Shown piece by piece: positions 16,734 to 27,405 of a stretch of 64,000 nt of DNA. This DNA is from an uncultured Oscillospiraceae bacterium (GTDB lineage: Bacteria; Bacillota; Clostridia; Saccharofermentanales; Fastidiosipilaceae): contig CAZAPS010000003.1 in NCBI GenBank assembly GCA_964487355.1, forward strand, positions 8,597-72,596, read 5' to 3'. Within the stretch, counting starts at the first letter, position 1. Each line of letters starts with the position of its first letter. A program made the translations under genes and the position numbers. Below the pieces are notes generated by a model. It was not told the DNA's origin. It searched no databases and saw only the letters and a list, made by a program, of their open reading frames with translations.

Positions 16734-19700
16734 TTACCTGACAACCTCGACGCAGAGCGTGCAAGGCTCCCCGTTCAGCTGCCATTGTTTACCTTTTCCT
16801 GTCGGAAGATCCTCACAAAGGACCTCGGTCGCCAAAATTTCTCTGGCGATTTCATCTTTATTGCGACGGATCACTTCTTCAATGGTAGCAGATCCTTTGA
16901 ATTTTAGGATGATCCGATCCGAGACCTCAAAGCCCGAATCCTTGCGCATGTTTTGCACCTTACTGATCACCTCCCGGACAAAACCCTCCTCGATCAACTC
17001 CGGAGTCAGACGAAGATCCAAAGCGACTGTGAATTTCGCGTTCGATTGTGTGGCCAATCCTTCCGCCTGAGCGGACTCGATGATCAGCTGCTCCTCTGTC
17101 AGGCGATATGTCTCACCATTCGCCCGCACCTCGATGAAACCGTCGGTGTCCAGTTTCTTTTTTGTCACACGTCCGTCCAGCTCACCCAAAGCGGCGCCGA
17201 CCGCAGGTAGATTCTTACCCAAAAGTTTGCCCAGCAGGCGTAGTTGAGGTTTAAAGCGATAATCTTGCAGTTCGGCGTCATCGTCAAGGTTGACCAAATC
17301 GCGGACATTGAGTTCATCCTTGATGACGTCATTGAGTTCAGCAGCCAATGTTTTGTCCGCCTTGACATAGATTTGTGCCAACGGTTGACGGTTTTTAACA
17401 GCGGAAACATTGCGGGCGGCCCGTCCCAACACAACAATGCTGAGCACGTCGTCCATATCCGCTTCCAATTGTTTATCTTTCCACTCTGGGCGTGTCTCGG
17501 GCCAGGAGCAAAGATGGACACTCTCACAAGCTTGTGGATCAACCGATCGCACCAGATTTTGGTACATCTCCTCGGTGATAAACGGCACGAACGGAGCGGC
17601 AACCTTGATTACCGTCGTCAACGCAGTATACAAAGTCATATAGGCATTGATTTTGTCCTGTTCCATACCGGATTGCCAGTAACGGCTTCTGCCGCGGCGC
17701 ACATACCAGTTTGACAGCTCATCCACGAATGAATCAATTTTTTTGCCGGACGAATAAATATCATAGGAAGTCAGGCCCTTGTCCACCTCTTCGACCAACG
17801 TGTCCAAACGCGCCAGCAGCCAGCGATCCATCACACTCAAGGTCTCATAGTCCAGTTCATATTTTGTCGGATCAAATCCATCCAGCTGAGCGTACATGAT
17901 GTAGAAGGCATAGGTGTTCCACAGCGTGCCCATGAATTTACGCTGTCCCTCGTCAACCGCCTCGTCAGAAAATCGGGAAGGAAGCCAGGGCTGACTGTTG
18001 GTGTAAAAATACCAGCGCACAGCGTCAGCTCCCTGTTTATTCAAGGCCTGCCAGGGATCCACGACATTCCCTTTGTGCTTGGACATCTTTTGTCCTTCTT
18101 TATCTTGGACCAAACCCATGACAATGCAGTTTTTGTATGAAGGTTGTTCAAACAGGCAGGTGGAAATCGCGATCAGCGAATAGAACCAGCCACGCGTTTG
18201 ATCCAACGCCTCCGAGATAAAGTCGGCGGGGAAGTTTTGTTCAAACAACTCTTTATTTTCAAACGGATAGTGATATTGGGCGAACGGCATCGAGCCCGAA
18301 TCGAACCAACAGTCGATGACTTCCGGCACGCGGGTCATGACGCCACCACATTTTTCGCAACGGATATGCACCGCGTCGATGTATGGCTTATGCAGCTCAA
18401 TATCATCCGGGCAATCGTCCGACATGGACTTCAGCTCCTCGATCGAGCCGACCAGATGACGATGATCACAGTCATCACACTCCCAGACCGGGAGCGGAGT
18501 GCCCCAATAGCGCTCTCTGGACAAACCCCAGTCAATGACGTTCTCCAAAAAATTGCCCATGCGACCCTCGCGGATGTGTTCGGGATACCAGTTGACCGAG
18601 CGATTGTTCGCGATCAGGTTTTCTTTGACGGCGGTCATGCGGATAAACCAACTGTGCCGAGCGTAGTAGATCAGAGAGGTGTCACACCGCCAGCAAAACG
18701 GATAGCTATGCTCAAACTCCATCGTGCGGATCAGCAGGCCGTCGTCACTCAGTTTTTGTAAAATTCCTTTGTCCGCGTCCTTCACGAACTGTCCGGCAAA
18801 GTCACTCACCTCCGCCGGCATGGTGCCATCGTCTTCCACCAGTTGTACAAAAGCCAGGTCATAGGCGCGTCCAATGCGTGCGTCGTCCTCACCGAAAGCG
18901 GGCGCGATATGAACAATACCGGTCCCTTCGCTCATGGTGACATAGTCGTCCTTGGTCACGACAAATGCTTTTTTACCCGACGCGTTGACAAGTTCCGTGG
19001 CGTAGGGCAACAACGGTTCGTAGCCCATTCCCTCCAGATCTGCGCCGGACATGGTGCGCAGAACCCGGATATTCTCACCGAACAAGCCCTTCGCGAGCTC
19101 TTCAGCGATGTAATAACGAACCACCCGGGTCTCAACAACACCTTCCGTGGCGCTCGTGTCGTGATCATGGGCACAATGTCCTGAGCAGACATGGACGGGC
19201 TCGTCCACTTCGATCAGAGCGTATCTGCTGTTCGGGTTGACGCAAAGCGCGATGTTTGATGGCAAGGTCCAAGGGGTGGTGGTCCAGGCGGCAAAATATG
19301 TGTCTGCTTCATCTTTCACGCGAAACCGCACATACGCCGACGTGTCGGTCACATCCTTGTATCCTTGCGCCACCTCATGACTGGAAAGAGAGGTACCACA
19401 GCGCGGGCAGTACGGAACAACCTTATAGCCCTTATAAAGCAGGTCCTTGTCCCACATCTGCTTGAGTGCCCACCACTCGGACTCGATATAATCGTTTTCA
19501 TAAGTGACGTAGGGATGCTCCATATCAGCGGTAAAGCCGACTCGATCTGAAATTTGTTCCCATTCGTCTTTGTACGTCCAGACACTTTTTTTACATTGCT
19601 CAATAAACGGCTCGACGCCATACGCCTCCAGCTCCTCCTTGCCGTTGATACCCAGCGCCTTTTCAACCTCCAGCTCCACCGGCAGGCCATGGGTGTCCCA

Positions 19701-19952
19701 ACCCGCGATGAACTCAACATTTTTCCCCTTCATACGTTGAAAGCGCGGGAAGATATCTTTGACCGCACGCGTCAAAATGTGCCCGATATGAGGTTTGCCG
19801 TTCGCGGTGGGCGGTCCATCATAGACAGTGAAGACTTCGCCATCCGGATTCAGCGTGTGAACTTTTTTGTTTATGTCCCGCTCTTGCCAAAACCGTAAAA
19901 CTTCCTCTTCTCTTTTGACAAAATTTAAGTCACCTGACACTTTTTTATACAT
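16734..19952 (-). CDS. ileS: Isoleucine--tRNA ligase (long, type-2-like)
   Basis: 1072 aa with HIGH-type (PHIGHILT) and KMSKS-type (KMSKHKGN) motifs and an editing-domain insert. A T-box leader precedes it. Confidence 0.95.
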   Translation of the reverse strand: MYKKVSGDLNFVKREEEVLRFWQERDINKKVHTLNPDGEVFTVYDGPPTANGKPHIGHILTRAVKDIFPRFQRMKGKNVEFIAGWDTHGLPVELEVEKALGINGKEELEAYGVEPFIEQCKKSVWTYKDEWEQISDRVGFTADMEHPYVTYENDYIESEWWALKQMWDKDLLYKGYKVVPYCPRCGTSLSSHEVAQGYKDVTDTSAYVRFRVKDEADTYFAAWTTTPWTLPSNIALCVNPNSRYALIEVDEPVHVCSGHCAHDHDTSATEGVVETRVVRYYIAEELAKGLFGENIRVLRTMSGADLEGMGYEPLLPYATELVNASGKKAFVVTKDDYVTMSEGTGIVHIAPAFGEDDARIGRAYDLAFVQLVEDDGTMPAEVSDFAGQFVKDADKGILQKLSDDGLLIRTMEFEHSYPFCWRCDTSLIYYARHSWFIRMTAVKENLIANNRSVNWYPEHIREGRMGNFLENVIDWGLSRERYWGTPLPVWECDDCDHRHLVGSIEELKSMSDDCPDDIELHKPYIDAVHIRCEKCGGVMTRVPEVIDCWFDSGSMPFAQYHYPFENKELFEQNFPADFISEALDQTRGWFYSLIAISTCLFEQPSYKNCIVMGLVQDKEGQKMSKHKGNVVDPWQALNKQGADAVRWYFYTNSQPWLPSRFSDEAVDEGQRKFMGTLWNTYAFYIMYAQLDGFDPTKYELDYETLSVMDRWLLARLDTLVEEVDKGLTSYDIYSSGKKIDSFVDELSNWYVRRGRSRYWQSGMEQDKINAYMTLYTALTTVIKVAAPFVPFITEEMYQNLVRSVDPQACESVHLCSWPETRPEWKDKQLEADMDDVLSIVVLGRAARNVSAVKNRQPLAQIYVKADKTLAAELNDVIKDELNVRDLVNLDDDAELQDYRFKPQLRLLGKLLGKNLPAVGAALGELDGRVTKKKLDTDGFIEVRANGETYRLTEEQLIIESAQAEGLATQSNAKFTVALDLRLTPELIEEGFVREVISKVQNMRKDSGFEVSDRIILKFKGSATIEEVIRRNKDEIAREILATEVLCEDLPTGKGKQWQLNGEPCTLCVEVVR

Positions 19953-20003
19953 CTGTTTTCCTCCTGGATCCTCGACTTCGACTTACGGCGACGTTTTAAT
20001 TCA

Positions 20004-20295
20004 TAAAAAAAGCGTCCCCTGTACGGGACGCGAAACACGTGATACCACCCGCGATAACGACAGCCACAGATTATAATCGTGGAGTCGTCTCTCGTCAGTG
20101 ATAACGGTGCGGCCAGCATGGTTTTACCGGTAAAAACTACACAGTTCATGATCGTCGCGCCCGACTCGTCGACAGGCGAAAGGATCAAACCTTCATCTTT
20201 ACTGCTCACAGGTGATTTTCAACATGCGCCGGATCTGTGCTTTCACCACCGCACAGTCTCTGTGAGTCCGGTCCGCCGTTTACTGTCCTGATCTT
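20004..20295 (-). promoter_or_regulatory. T-box leader (Ile specifier AUC) with intrinsic terminator
   Basis: On the minus strand, a CAGG/CCTG helix encloses a specifier loop. AGTA sits on its 5' side and GAAA-ATC-A on its 3' side (ATC = 20216..20214). The T-box motif ATCGCGGGTGGTATCACG lies at 20055..20038. A terminator (GCGTCCC..GGGACGC + TTTTTTT) lies at 20031..20004. Confidence 0.8.
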
Positions 20296-20309
20296 CGCAA
20301 TTGGTTGGT

Positions 20310-20338
20310 ATTTTACGCTTATTTAAACAAAATTACAA
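20310..20338 (-). promoter_or_regulatory. Candidate ileS promoter embedded in the ispE 3' end
   Basis: Minus strand reads TTGTAA - 17 nt - TAAAAT, just upstream of T-box stem I. Confidence 0.5.
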
Positions 20339-21297
20339 GGATAGAGATCACATCGCCTGCCTGCCGCGCTTTGCTCCCAGCGCGCCCGGTCGATCGCTCG
20401 GTCCCGCGTGGCTTCATCCTCGTAAATCGCGTAAATCGCGCTGCCACTGCCGGTCATGCGACAGTAGGACGCGCCTGTGTCATAGCCGGCCTGAAGCAAT
20501 TGACGAAGTTCGGGATATTCCGGAGCGACAACCGTTTCAAACACATTGCCACCGATGTGGCGAAGCTTGCGCAAATCATTTTCCGCTAACGCCTCCAAAC
20601 ACGCCACTGTGTCCGGCCGTTGAATCAGCCGTTCCGGATTGGCGATCAACTCGTCCCAGCGTTTGAAAGCCATCACGGTGGACACCTCCACGTCGGGCTT
20701 GATCAGCAACAGCGGCCACTTGGGAAGAGGCGGCAAGGGTTCGATGATCTCACCGATACCGGTGCAGTGAGCGACACCGCCATGCAGACAAAATGGGACA
20801 TCCGCTCCCAGACGCGCCGCGATCTCAAACAGTTCTCCACGCTCGAGTTCGCCGGGGAACAGCGAATCCAGACCGTTTAGAACCGCCGCCGCGTCGGCGC
20901 TCCCCCCGCCAATGCCCGCCATGGAAGGCAGGTGTTTGACCAGATCAAGAGTCAGCACAAGTGGTTGTCTGGAAGAAAGCGCGCAGGCCTCGGCATAAAG
21001 CGCGGCAGCTCTGACCATCAGATTGTCCCGCGGGCGCAGCCCAAGCGCCTTCGAAGCCACGGAAAATCCTTCCGTCAAGCAGATCGACCAATTGTTGACA
21101 ACAACCGTCGGCTTCTCAACCAATGCGCACGGCTCACTCCGGCCCAGTCGAACTTCATCATACAGAGAGATTTCCTGCATAACCGTGGAGAGCAGATGGT
21201 AACCATCTGCTCTCCTCCCGGTAATGTCTAAAAATAGATTGATTTTCGCTCTGGCTTCCAGCGCGATGGCGGCATTCTCGCCAACATTTGATCTCAT
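20323..21297 (-). CDS. ispE: 4-diphosphocytidyl-2-C-methyl-D-erythritol kinase
   Basis: 324 aa with a GHMP kinase pattern (KINLFLDITGRRADGYHLL, PSMAGIGGGSADAAA). SD GAGGAG lies upstream. Confidence 0.9.
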   Translation of the reverse strand: MRSNVGENAAIALEARAKINLFLDITGRRADGYHLLSTVMQEISLYDEVRLGRSEPCALVEKPTVVVNNWSICLTEGFSVASKALGLRPRDNLMVRAAALYAEACALSSRQPLVLTLDLVKHLPSMAGIGGGSADAAAVLNGLDSLFPGELERGELFEIAARLGADVPFCLHGGVAHCTGIGEIIEPLPPLPKWPLLLIKPDVEVSTVMAFKRWDELIANPERLIQRPDTVACLEALAENDLRKLRHIGGNVFETVVAPEYPELRQLLQAGYDTGASYCRMTGSGSAIYAIYEDEATRDRAIDRARWEQSAAGRRCDLYPCNFV

Positions 21298-21308
21298 TTC
21301 GGCTCTCC

Positions 21309-21692
21309 TCAGGCGGGGGCTCCATCGACGGAGTCCGCTTGCGCGGAGCTTTCCGACAGGTTGTCAATCTGATCCGCCGCGCCGGATTCGTCACTCTTAG
21401 GATCCTCTTCCGGCTCGACTCCCTGGTCAGCCAGCACGGCCAGCGACTCATCCGCTTCGACCGCCACCTCAACCGACTGGGTTAGAATATCGACGTAACT
21501 ATATGAAACCAACTCTGAATTATCGTTGTCACGAGCACAACGAACGGTAAATACATTTGGGTAGCAATTCTCAAGAATGCCTTCACGAACAATCGTGCGT
21601 TTGCGACCACCACTGGAACGAAGCCTGACTTTGCGCCCAAGACAAGCTTGCATGTCTTTGCGGCACTTCTCCAAATCGGCTTTAACTATCAT
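21309..21692 (-). CDS. veg: Veg-family protein with acidic C-terminal extension
   Basis: The core GRKVRLRSSGGRKRTIVREGILENCYPNVFTV...VSYSYVDILT matches B. subtilis Veg. About 45 extra D/E-rich residues follow. Confidence 0.8.
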   Translation of the reverse strand: MIVKADLEKCRKDMQACLGRKVRLRSSGGRKRTIVREGILENCYPNVFTVRCARDNDNSELVSYSYVDILTQSVEVAVEADESLAVLADQGVEPEEDPKSDESGAADQIDNLSESSAQADSVDGAPA

Positions 21693-21728
21693 TCGTCACT
21701 CCTCCAAAAAATAAAGATATACTATGAT

Positions 21729-21757
21729 ATACTATCATATTCTGAGTATTTTTTCAA
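21729..21757 (-). promoter_or_regulatory. Candidate veg promoter
   Basis: Minus strand reads TTGAAA - 17 nt - TAGTAT. The -10 lies within a tandem 10-bp duplication (GATATACTAT x2). Confidence 0.5.
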
Positions 21758-21770
21758 GGTCAGTGGGCGC

Positions 21771-22598
21771 TCACTCTGACTGACTCGTTTCCTTCTCCAT
21801 CTCGGAAAATCGTTTTGCGGTTTTCTCCATCGCGGTCACGATCAAACCGTTGAAACCGTCCCGCTCCAATGAGGCGACTCCCGCGATGGTCGTGCCTCCC
21901 GCCGAACAGACCTCATCCCTCAACACAGCCGGATGCCGACCGGTTTCTTTGACCATTAAAGCCGCTCCTTCAACAGATTGCGCGGCGAATTTCAACGCGT
22001 CCTCCATGCCGATACCCAAGCGAACCGCCCCCTGGGCAAGTGCCTCGATCATCATATAAATAAATGCCGGAGATGATCCACTGACCGAGCCCACCGCGGG
22101 CATCAGCGATTCGGGCACGACGACCGATTCACCAAAACTGTTCAAAAATGAAATCGTCCGCTCCTTATGCTCCTCCGGTGTGTCCTCGGAAAAAGAGACT
22201 CCGGTCATACCGCGTCCGACCATCGCCGGCGTGTTGGGCATGGAACGAACAACTGTGACATCCTCACGCCCGATCAGCGCGCGCAATCCCGCGATGGAAA
22301 AGGTCGGCGCGAGCGACAACACCACGGCGCCGGGGGAAATGTGCGTGGAAATTTTTTTCAGGATCGCCCCATACTGAATTGGTTTGACAGCAAGCACGAT
22401 CAGCAAGGCGCCTTGAGCGACCGACACATTGTCCTTCACAGTTACAATTCCCGGATATCGTCCACTCAATTCAGCCATTCGTTCATCTCTGCGGGTATGC
22501 AAAACGACCGATCGCGCATCCGTCCAACGCGCCTTCAGCGCGCCTGACAACATCGCTTCACCCATATTCCCACAACCGATCAAACCGATTTTATACAT
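21771..22598 (-). CDS. proC: Pyrroline-5-carboxylate reductase
   Basis: Rossmann motif IGLIGCGNMG. I chose the start at 22598 (MYKIG) because GAAGGTGGA lies upstream. The track ORF extends to 22622. Confidence 0.9.
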   Translation of the reverse strand: MYKIGLIGCGNMGEAMLSGALKARWTDARSVVLHTRRDERMAELSGRYPGIVTVKDNVSVAQGALLIVLAVKPIQYGAILKKISTHISPGAVVLSLAPTFSIAGLRALIGREDVTVVRSMPNTPAMVGRGMTGVSFSEDTPEEHKERTISFLNSFGESVVVPESLMPAVGSVSGSSPAFIYMMIEALAQGAVRLGIGMEDALKFAAQSVEGAALMVKETGRHPAVLRDEVCSAGGTTIAGVASLERDGFNGLIVTAMEKTAKRFSEMEKETSQSE

Positions 22599-22688
22599 TT
22601 TTCCACCTTCATCATCCATCATTAACGCACGTCACGCATTGTTTTTTTGTTCCCACTCATTATACACGGTACATAACATTCCGGCGGT

Positions 22689-22717
22689 TTGACAATCTGC
22701 CCAATAACGAGGAAAAT
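22689..22717 (+). promoter_or_regulatory. Candidate fhs promoter
   Basis: TTGACA - 17 nt - GAAAAT, about 75 nt upstream of the fhs ATG. Confidence 0.4.
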
Positions 22718-22790
22718 CGTTCCGTAGGCAGGTGCGCCGCGCACCAAACGAATGAACGAGTCCATCTCAAACGCAGACAAGGAGAATCCC

Positions 22791-24464
22791 ATGCTCTCTG
22801 ACATTGAAATCGCCCGTCGCACACCGCTTAAACCCGTCTCGCAACTGGCCTCCGAGTTGGGCATCATGCAAAAAGAAATCTTCAATTACGGAACCTACAA
22901 GGCCAAACTCGACACCGAGGCGATTCAGCGCAGGATGCGGAACAAGCCGAATGGCAAGCTGGTGCTGGTCACCGCCGTCAACCCGACTCCGGCCGGCGAA
23001 GGCAAGACCACGATGACTGTGGGGCTGGGCCAGGCTTTGAACCGGCTTGGGCACAAAACAATGATCGCTCTGAGAGAACCTTCCCTCGGTCCGGTCTTCG
23101 GCATCAAGGGAGGAGCGGCGGGTGGCGGCTATTCACAAGTCGTGCCGATGGAAGATATCAATCTTCATTTCACCGGCGATCTGCACGCTGTCACCTCGGC
23201 CAACAATCTTTGCTCCGCCATACTCGACAATCACATCCAGCAAGGCAACAAGTTGAACATCGATCCACGTAGGATCGTTTGGAAGCGCTGTCTCGACATG
23301 AACGACCGCGTGCTGCGCAACGTCGTGGTCGGCCTTGGTGGGCCATTCAACGGGACGCCCCGCGAGGATCATTTTCAAATAACGGTCGCCTCGGAAGTCA
23401 TGGCGGTTTTCTGCCTCGCCTCCAATTTGCGAGACCTGCGCAAACGGCTCGCCAAGATCGTTGTCGCGTTCACCTACGACGGCCAGCCGGTCACCACAGC
23501 GGACCTCCAGGTGGATGGCGCCATGACTGTGTTGCTCAAAGACGCGTTCAATCCCAATTTGGTGCAAACGCTGGAGAACACACCGGCTCTTATGCACGGC
23601 GGACCGTTCGCCAACATCGCCCACGGCTGCAACAGCTTGGCCGCCACCAAGCTAGGTTTAAAGCTGGCGGATATTTTAGTGACGGAGGCCGGCTTCGGAG
23701 CGGATCTGGGCGCCGAGAAGTTCTTTGATATCAAATGTCGCTATGGTGATCTAAAACCCGACGTGGCGGTAATCGTCACCACTGCTCGCTCGCTCAAATA
23801 TAATGGTGGCATGCCCAAAGATCAGTTGCTAACCGAAAATCTCGACGCGCTACAAAAGGGAATCGCGAATCTCGATAAACATTTGGAAAATCTACAAAAA
23901 TTCGGTGTCCCCTGTGTTGTGTCGATCAATCGCTTCGCTTCCGACACCGAGGCCGAACTGGATTTCATCGTCAAGCACTGCGAAAGCAAAGGAGTGCGCA
24001 GCGCGATCGCTGAGGTTTTCACAAATGGCGGAGCCGGTGGCGAAGCGGTCGGCGTGGAAGTTTTGGCCGCGTTGGAAACAGAGCATCAGGCTTACAGGCC
24101 ACTTTATCCTTTGGTGTTTTCTTTAGAAGACAAGATCCTGACCATCGCGAAAGAGATATACGGCGCGGGCACTGTCCAGATTCAACCTCCCGCGCGAAAG
24201 GCGCTGAACGACTTTACCCGAATGGGTTATGGGAACCTGCCGGTCTGCATGGCGAAAACTCAATATTCACTTTCAGACAATCCGGCGCTGTTGGGCAGGC
24301 CGGAGAATTTTGAGCTGACCGTGCGTGACGCCACGTTGTCCGCGGGCGCCGGTTTCATTGTATGCCTGACCGGCGATGTCATGACCATGCCGGGGCTTGC
24401 GAAAAAACCATCCGCACAGGACATTTTCTTGGATAATGACGGTCAAATACAAGGATTGTTTTAA
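22791..24464 (+). CDS. fhs: Formate--tetrahydrofolate ligase
   Basis: MLSDIEIA start with AAGGAGAA 5 nt upstream, and nucleotide-binding [10 protein letters not shown]. The track ORF starts earlier at 22752. Confidence 0.95.
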   Translation: MLSDIEIARRTPLKPVSQLASELGIMQKEIFNYGTYKAKLDTEAIQRRMRNKPNGKLVLVTAVNPTPAGEGKTTMTVGLGQALNRLGHKTMIALREPSLGPVFGIKGGAAGGGYSQVVPMEDINLHFTGDLHAVTSANNLCSAILDNHIQQGNKLNIDPRRIVWKRCLDMNDRVLRNVVVGLGGPFNGTPREDHFQITVASEVMAVFCLASNLRDLRKRLAKIVVAFTYDGQPVTTADLQVDGAMTVLLKDAFNPNLVQTLENTPALMHGGPFANIAHGCNSLAATKLGLKLADILVTEAGFGADLGAEKFFDIKCRYGDLKPDVAVIVTTARSLKYNGGMPKDQLLTENLDALQKGIANLDKHLENLQKFGVPCVVSINRFASDTEAELDFIVKHCESKGVRSAIAEVFTNGGAGGEAVGVEVLAALETEHQAYRPLYPLVFSLEDKILTIAKEIYGAGTVQIQPPARKALNDFTRMGYGNLPVCMAKTQYSLSDNPALLGRPENFELTVRDATLSAGAGFIVCLTGDVMTMPGLAKKPSAQDIFLDNDGQIQGLF

Positions 24465-25399
24465 TGCGCAGAGGGCGGCGCGCTGATTTTCCTGCGGTAT
24501 TCCATCGGAGTCATGCCCATGATCTTGCGAAACGCCACATTGAATCTTTGAGGGCTCGCGAAACCGATTTGCTCGGCGATGCTGCTGATCTTCAGATCCT
24601 GATCGCGCAGCAGATCACAGGATTTTTGAATGCGGATCTCAATTAAGTACGCCATCGGGCTTTGACCCATCTCTTCACGAAAAGCCCGCGCGAAATAACC
24701 TTGACTGAGAAAGACGTACCCCGCCACATCCGAAACCGAAATATTTTCGTTGAAATTATCGATCATATATTGTTTCGCGATATGCACAAGCTCCGCCGCC
24801 TTGCCTGTGCGCACCAGCAAAGACTCCTCCCAGCCCTCTTTCAGGGCGCGCGAAATCGTCACCAGAAGTTCGGTGGCCAGCAGTCTCATCATTAGCTCTT
24901 TATTATAAAGATCGGACGAGTTCTCATAATGAATGCGTTCAATCAGCTCCGAGATGATCACGCGATTGGTTCCGCGAATCATCATGCACGGCTGCAAATC
25001 TATGCCATAGTCGTCCTCCGCGGACACATACTTCATAAACTCATCCATGGAGACCGAAGAAATGCGACAAAACGCCCTGTCACCTTTGGTGATATTGGTA
25101 AAACCGAAATACACGGTCGTGATATCGGTGAATGTCTCTTTCACACGACAAACATGAGGTGAATCCGGGCGGATTAAAATTGTGGCGCCCGCCCGAACCT
25201 CATGTGTTCTATTATTGTCAAACTCATATTCCATCACGCCGCTTTTGACATGGCTGAGCTCATAGAAATGACGGGCTCCCGGTATTTTCTTTTCGTCACC
25301 TTTTCGGTAGCTGCGCGCCAGACCTTTAAAAACAACCGGGATCGAGCCAATGGAATCTTGTATGCTTTGCTCGATGCTTGGCAATATATCTTTTAACAT
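24461..25399 (-). CDS. AraC-family transcription regulator (cupin-like sensor + HTH)
   Basis: 312 aa with a C-terminal double HTH ([29 protein letters not shown]...[15 protein letters not shown]). Confidence 0.85.
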   Translation of the reverse strand: MLKDILPSIEQSIQDSIGSIPVVFKGLARSYRKGDEKKIPGARHFYELSHVKSGVMEYEFDNNRTHEVRAGATILIRPDSPHVCRVKETFTDITTVYFGFTNITKGDRAFCRISSVSMDEFMKYVSAEDDYGIDLQPCMMIRGTNRVIISELIERIHYENSSDLYNKELMMRLLATELLVTISRALKEGWEESLLVRTGKAAELVHIAKQYMIDNFNENISVSDVAGYVFLSQGYFARAFREEMGQSPMAYLIEIRIQKSCDLLRDQDLKISSIAEQIGFASPQRFNVAFRKIMGMTPMEYRRKISAPPSAH

Positions 25400-25534
25400 T
25401 CACTCCTCAGACTTCATACATTCATAAAATAAAGTAGTGACTCAATCAGAATCACCATAATTAATCTAATATATTTTTAAGCATTTTACCACAACATATT
25501 TTTAAGATTTTTTGAACCGGCGGTTGAGCTCAAC

Positions 25535-25789
25535 TTAAATTCCCAACGCGTCGGTGTCTACGCCCTGCAACAACGCGATAAGATTCTTAGTTTCTTCTCC
25601 GTTCAGCCCGATTCCTCTGCTCATCTTGTTGTGTTCCGGGTTCCACTCTCGGATATCCAAGCGTGGCCTTGCCTGATTCCACGAAACAACATTCACTTCT
25701 TTTGTCCAGCCCGTCGCGCTGACGCTAAGGCACCCGATTGATTCATGAATCTCGTATGTCACTTCTCTGTCTTGCTGTCTTGTCGTCAT
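25535..25789 (-). CDS. YdbC-like PC4-fold ssDNA-binding protein
   Basis: 84 aa. TGWTKEVNVVSWNQARPRLDIREWNPEHNKMSRGIGLNGEE closely parallels L. lactis YdbC (KGWTKELNRVSWNDAEPKYDIRTWSPDHEKMGKGITLSEEE). Confidence 0.75.
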   Translation of the reverse strand: MTTRQQDREVTYEIHESIGCLSVSATGWTKEVNVVSWNQARPRLDIREWNPEHNKMSRGIGLNGEETKNLIALLQGVDTDALGI

Positions 25790-25992
25790 AAAACCTCCTG
25801 ATCGTTGCGAAACCGATACATGCGACGAGACTGGCGATATTGTCGAATATCGTGTTCGACCGCCATCTCGACGCCCCTTTCATATCATGATAGAGGTACA
25901 CGTTTCATCCACCTGTTTTATTTTCTCGACAAATTCAACATTTCCCGATAGTCTTGCCAATAATGAGAAGAGACAAGAAGATCAATCAAACT

Positions 25993-26032
25993 CAAAACAA
26001 AACAAACCGGAGCGAACTCATATTCGATCCGG
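25993..26032 (-). terminator. clpX terminator
   Basis: CCGGAGCGAA / TTCGATCCGG stem, followed on the minus strand by a T-rich tract (TTTGTTTTGTTTTG). Confidence 0.55.
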
Positions 26033-26080
26033 CTTGTCAGTTTGTCAATTCAACTTCAAACAGTTTGAATCAGTCCCGGG

Positions 26081-27403
26081 TCAGGCGATCTTGTCAGGTC
26101 TGCAGATGATGGTCGGCTGATCATGGCCGGTCACACAGGACTCGGTGACGACGCAGCGTTCGACGTCTTCCAGTGAAGGCACATCATACATCACATCCAT
26201 CATGATGCCCTCAATCACCGCGCGCAGTCCGCGTGCGCCGGTCTTGCGCTCCAAAGCCAGGCGTGCGATCGCCCGCACCGCCGCCTCCTCAAACTCCAGC
26301 TCAACACCGTCCAGCTGAAGCATATAGCGATACTGCTTGATCAAGGCATTTTTGGGTTCGCTCAAAATACGGACCAAGGCGTCCTCGTCCAGGCTCTCCA
26401 AGGTCACGGCGACCGGAACACGTCCGATGAACTCCGGAATCAAGCCATATTTCAACAGATCCTGAGGTTCCAGCAGTGCCAGCGCGCGGGTATCCTTGTG
26501 TTCGGATTCCGGCTCGATGATCGCTCCAAAACCGATGGATTTTTTCCCGACACGATCCTGAATGATCTTCTCAAGGCCGTCAAACGCTCCACCGCAGATA
26601 AACAGGATATTGGTCGTGTCGATCTGCAAAAAATCCTGATGTGGATGCTTGCGTCCACCTTGAGGCGGCACATTCGCTACGGTGCTCTCCAGGATTTTCA
26701 ACAACGCCTGCTGCACACCTTCCCCGCTGACATCCCGCGTGATCGAAGGATTGTCCGAGCGTCGGGTGATCTTGTCGATCTCATCAATATAGATGATGCC
26801 TCTTTCCGCCCGCTCGATGTTGAAATCCGCGCTTTGAATCAGTTTCAATAAAATATTCTCGACATCTTCGCCCACATAACCGGCTTCGGTCAACGCGGTC
26901 GCGTCCGCCATCGCGAATGGGACATCCAACAGTCTCGCCAGGGTCTGCGCCAGTAAAGTCTTTCCTGAGCCGGTCGGTCCGATCAGCATGATATTGCTTT
27001 TGGTTAACTCGACAGGTTCAAGCTTCTCGGCGTTGGTCACGCCTTCGGCGTACACCCGTTTATAGTGATTATACACCGCGACGGAGAGCGCTTTTTTCGC
27101 GTCTTCCTGGCCGATAACATATTCATCCAACGCCTTTTTTATCTCGTGCGGAGTCGGCACATCACCGTCCGGCAAGGGTGGTTCGGACTTTTGGGTCAGC
27201 AGATCCTCGCCATCCAACATTGAACTGCAAAGATCAATGCACTCATTACAAATGAAAACGTCCGGTCCGGCGATCATGCGCTCGACCTGCGATTCATCTT
27301 TACCACAAAATGAACACACGAGCGGTCCGAAAAAATTAAACTCATCCTTTGGAGGATGTCCGTCACCACCTTTCGGCAGATTGGTGTTGTCCTTATCTGA
27401 CAT
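26081..27403 (-). CDS. clpX: ATP-dependent Clp protease ATP-binding subunit ClpX
   Basis: N-terminal zinc ribbon (CSFCGK...CNEC), Walker A GPTGSGKT and Walker [10 protein letters not shown]. Confidence 0.95.
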   Translation of the reverse strand: MSDKDNTNLPKGGDGHPPKDEFNFFGPLVCSFCGKDESQVERMIAGPDVFICNECIDLCSSMLDGEDLLTQKSEPPLPDGDVPTPHEIKKALDEYVIGQEDAKKALSVAVYNHYKRVYAEGVTNAEKLEPVELTKSNIMLIGPTGSGKTLLAQTLARLLDVPFAMADATALTEAGYVGEDVENILLKLIQSADFNIERAERGIIYIDEIDKITRRSDNPSITRDVSGEGVQQALLKILESTVANVPPQGGRKHPHQDFLQIDTTNILFICGGAFDGLEKIIQDRVGKKSIGFGAIIEPESEHKDTRALALLEPQDLLKYGLIPEFIGRVPVAVTLESLDEDALVRILSEPKNALIKQYRYMLQLDGVELEFEEAAVRAIARLALERKTGARGLRAVIEGIMMDVMYDVPSLEDVERCVVTESCVTGHDQPTIICRPDKIA

Positions 27404-27405
27404 AA

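Noticed and set aside
22623-22790. Possible ZTP (pfl-motif) or THF riboswitch upstream of fhs
   Set aside because: I could not find the conserved CCGCCTGGGC 3' sub-domain or the GGGTCGTGAC-type 5' core. There is only a short GTGCGCCGCGCAC hairpin in a ~67-nt leader.
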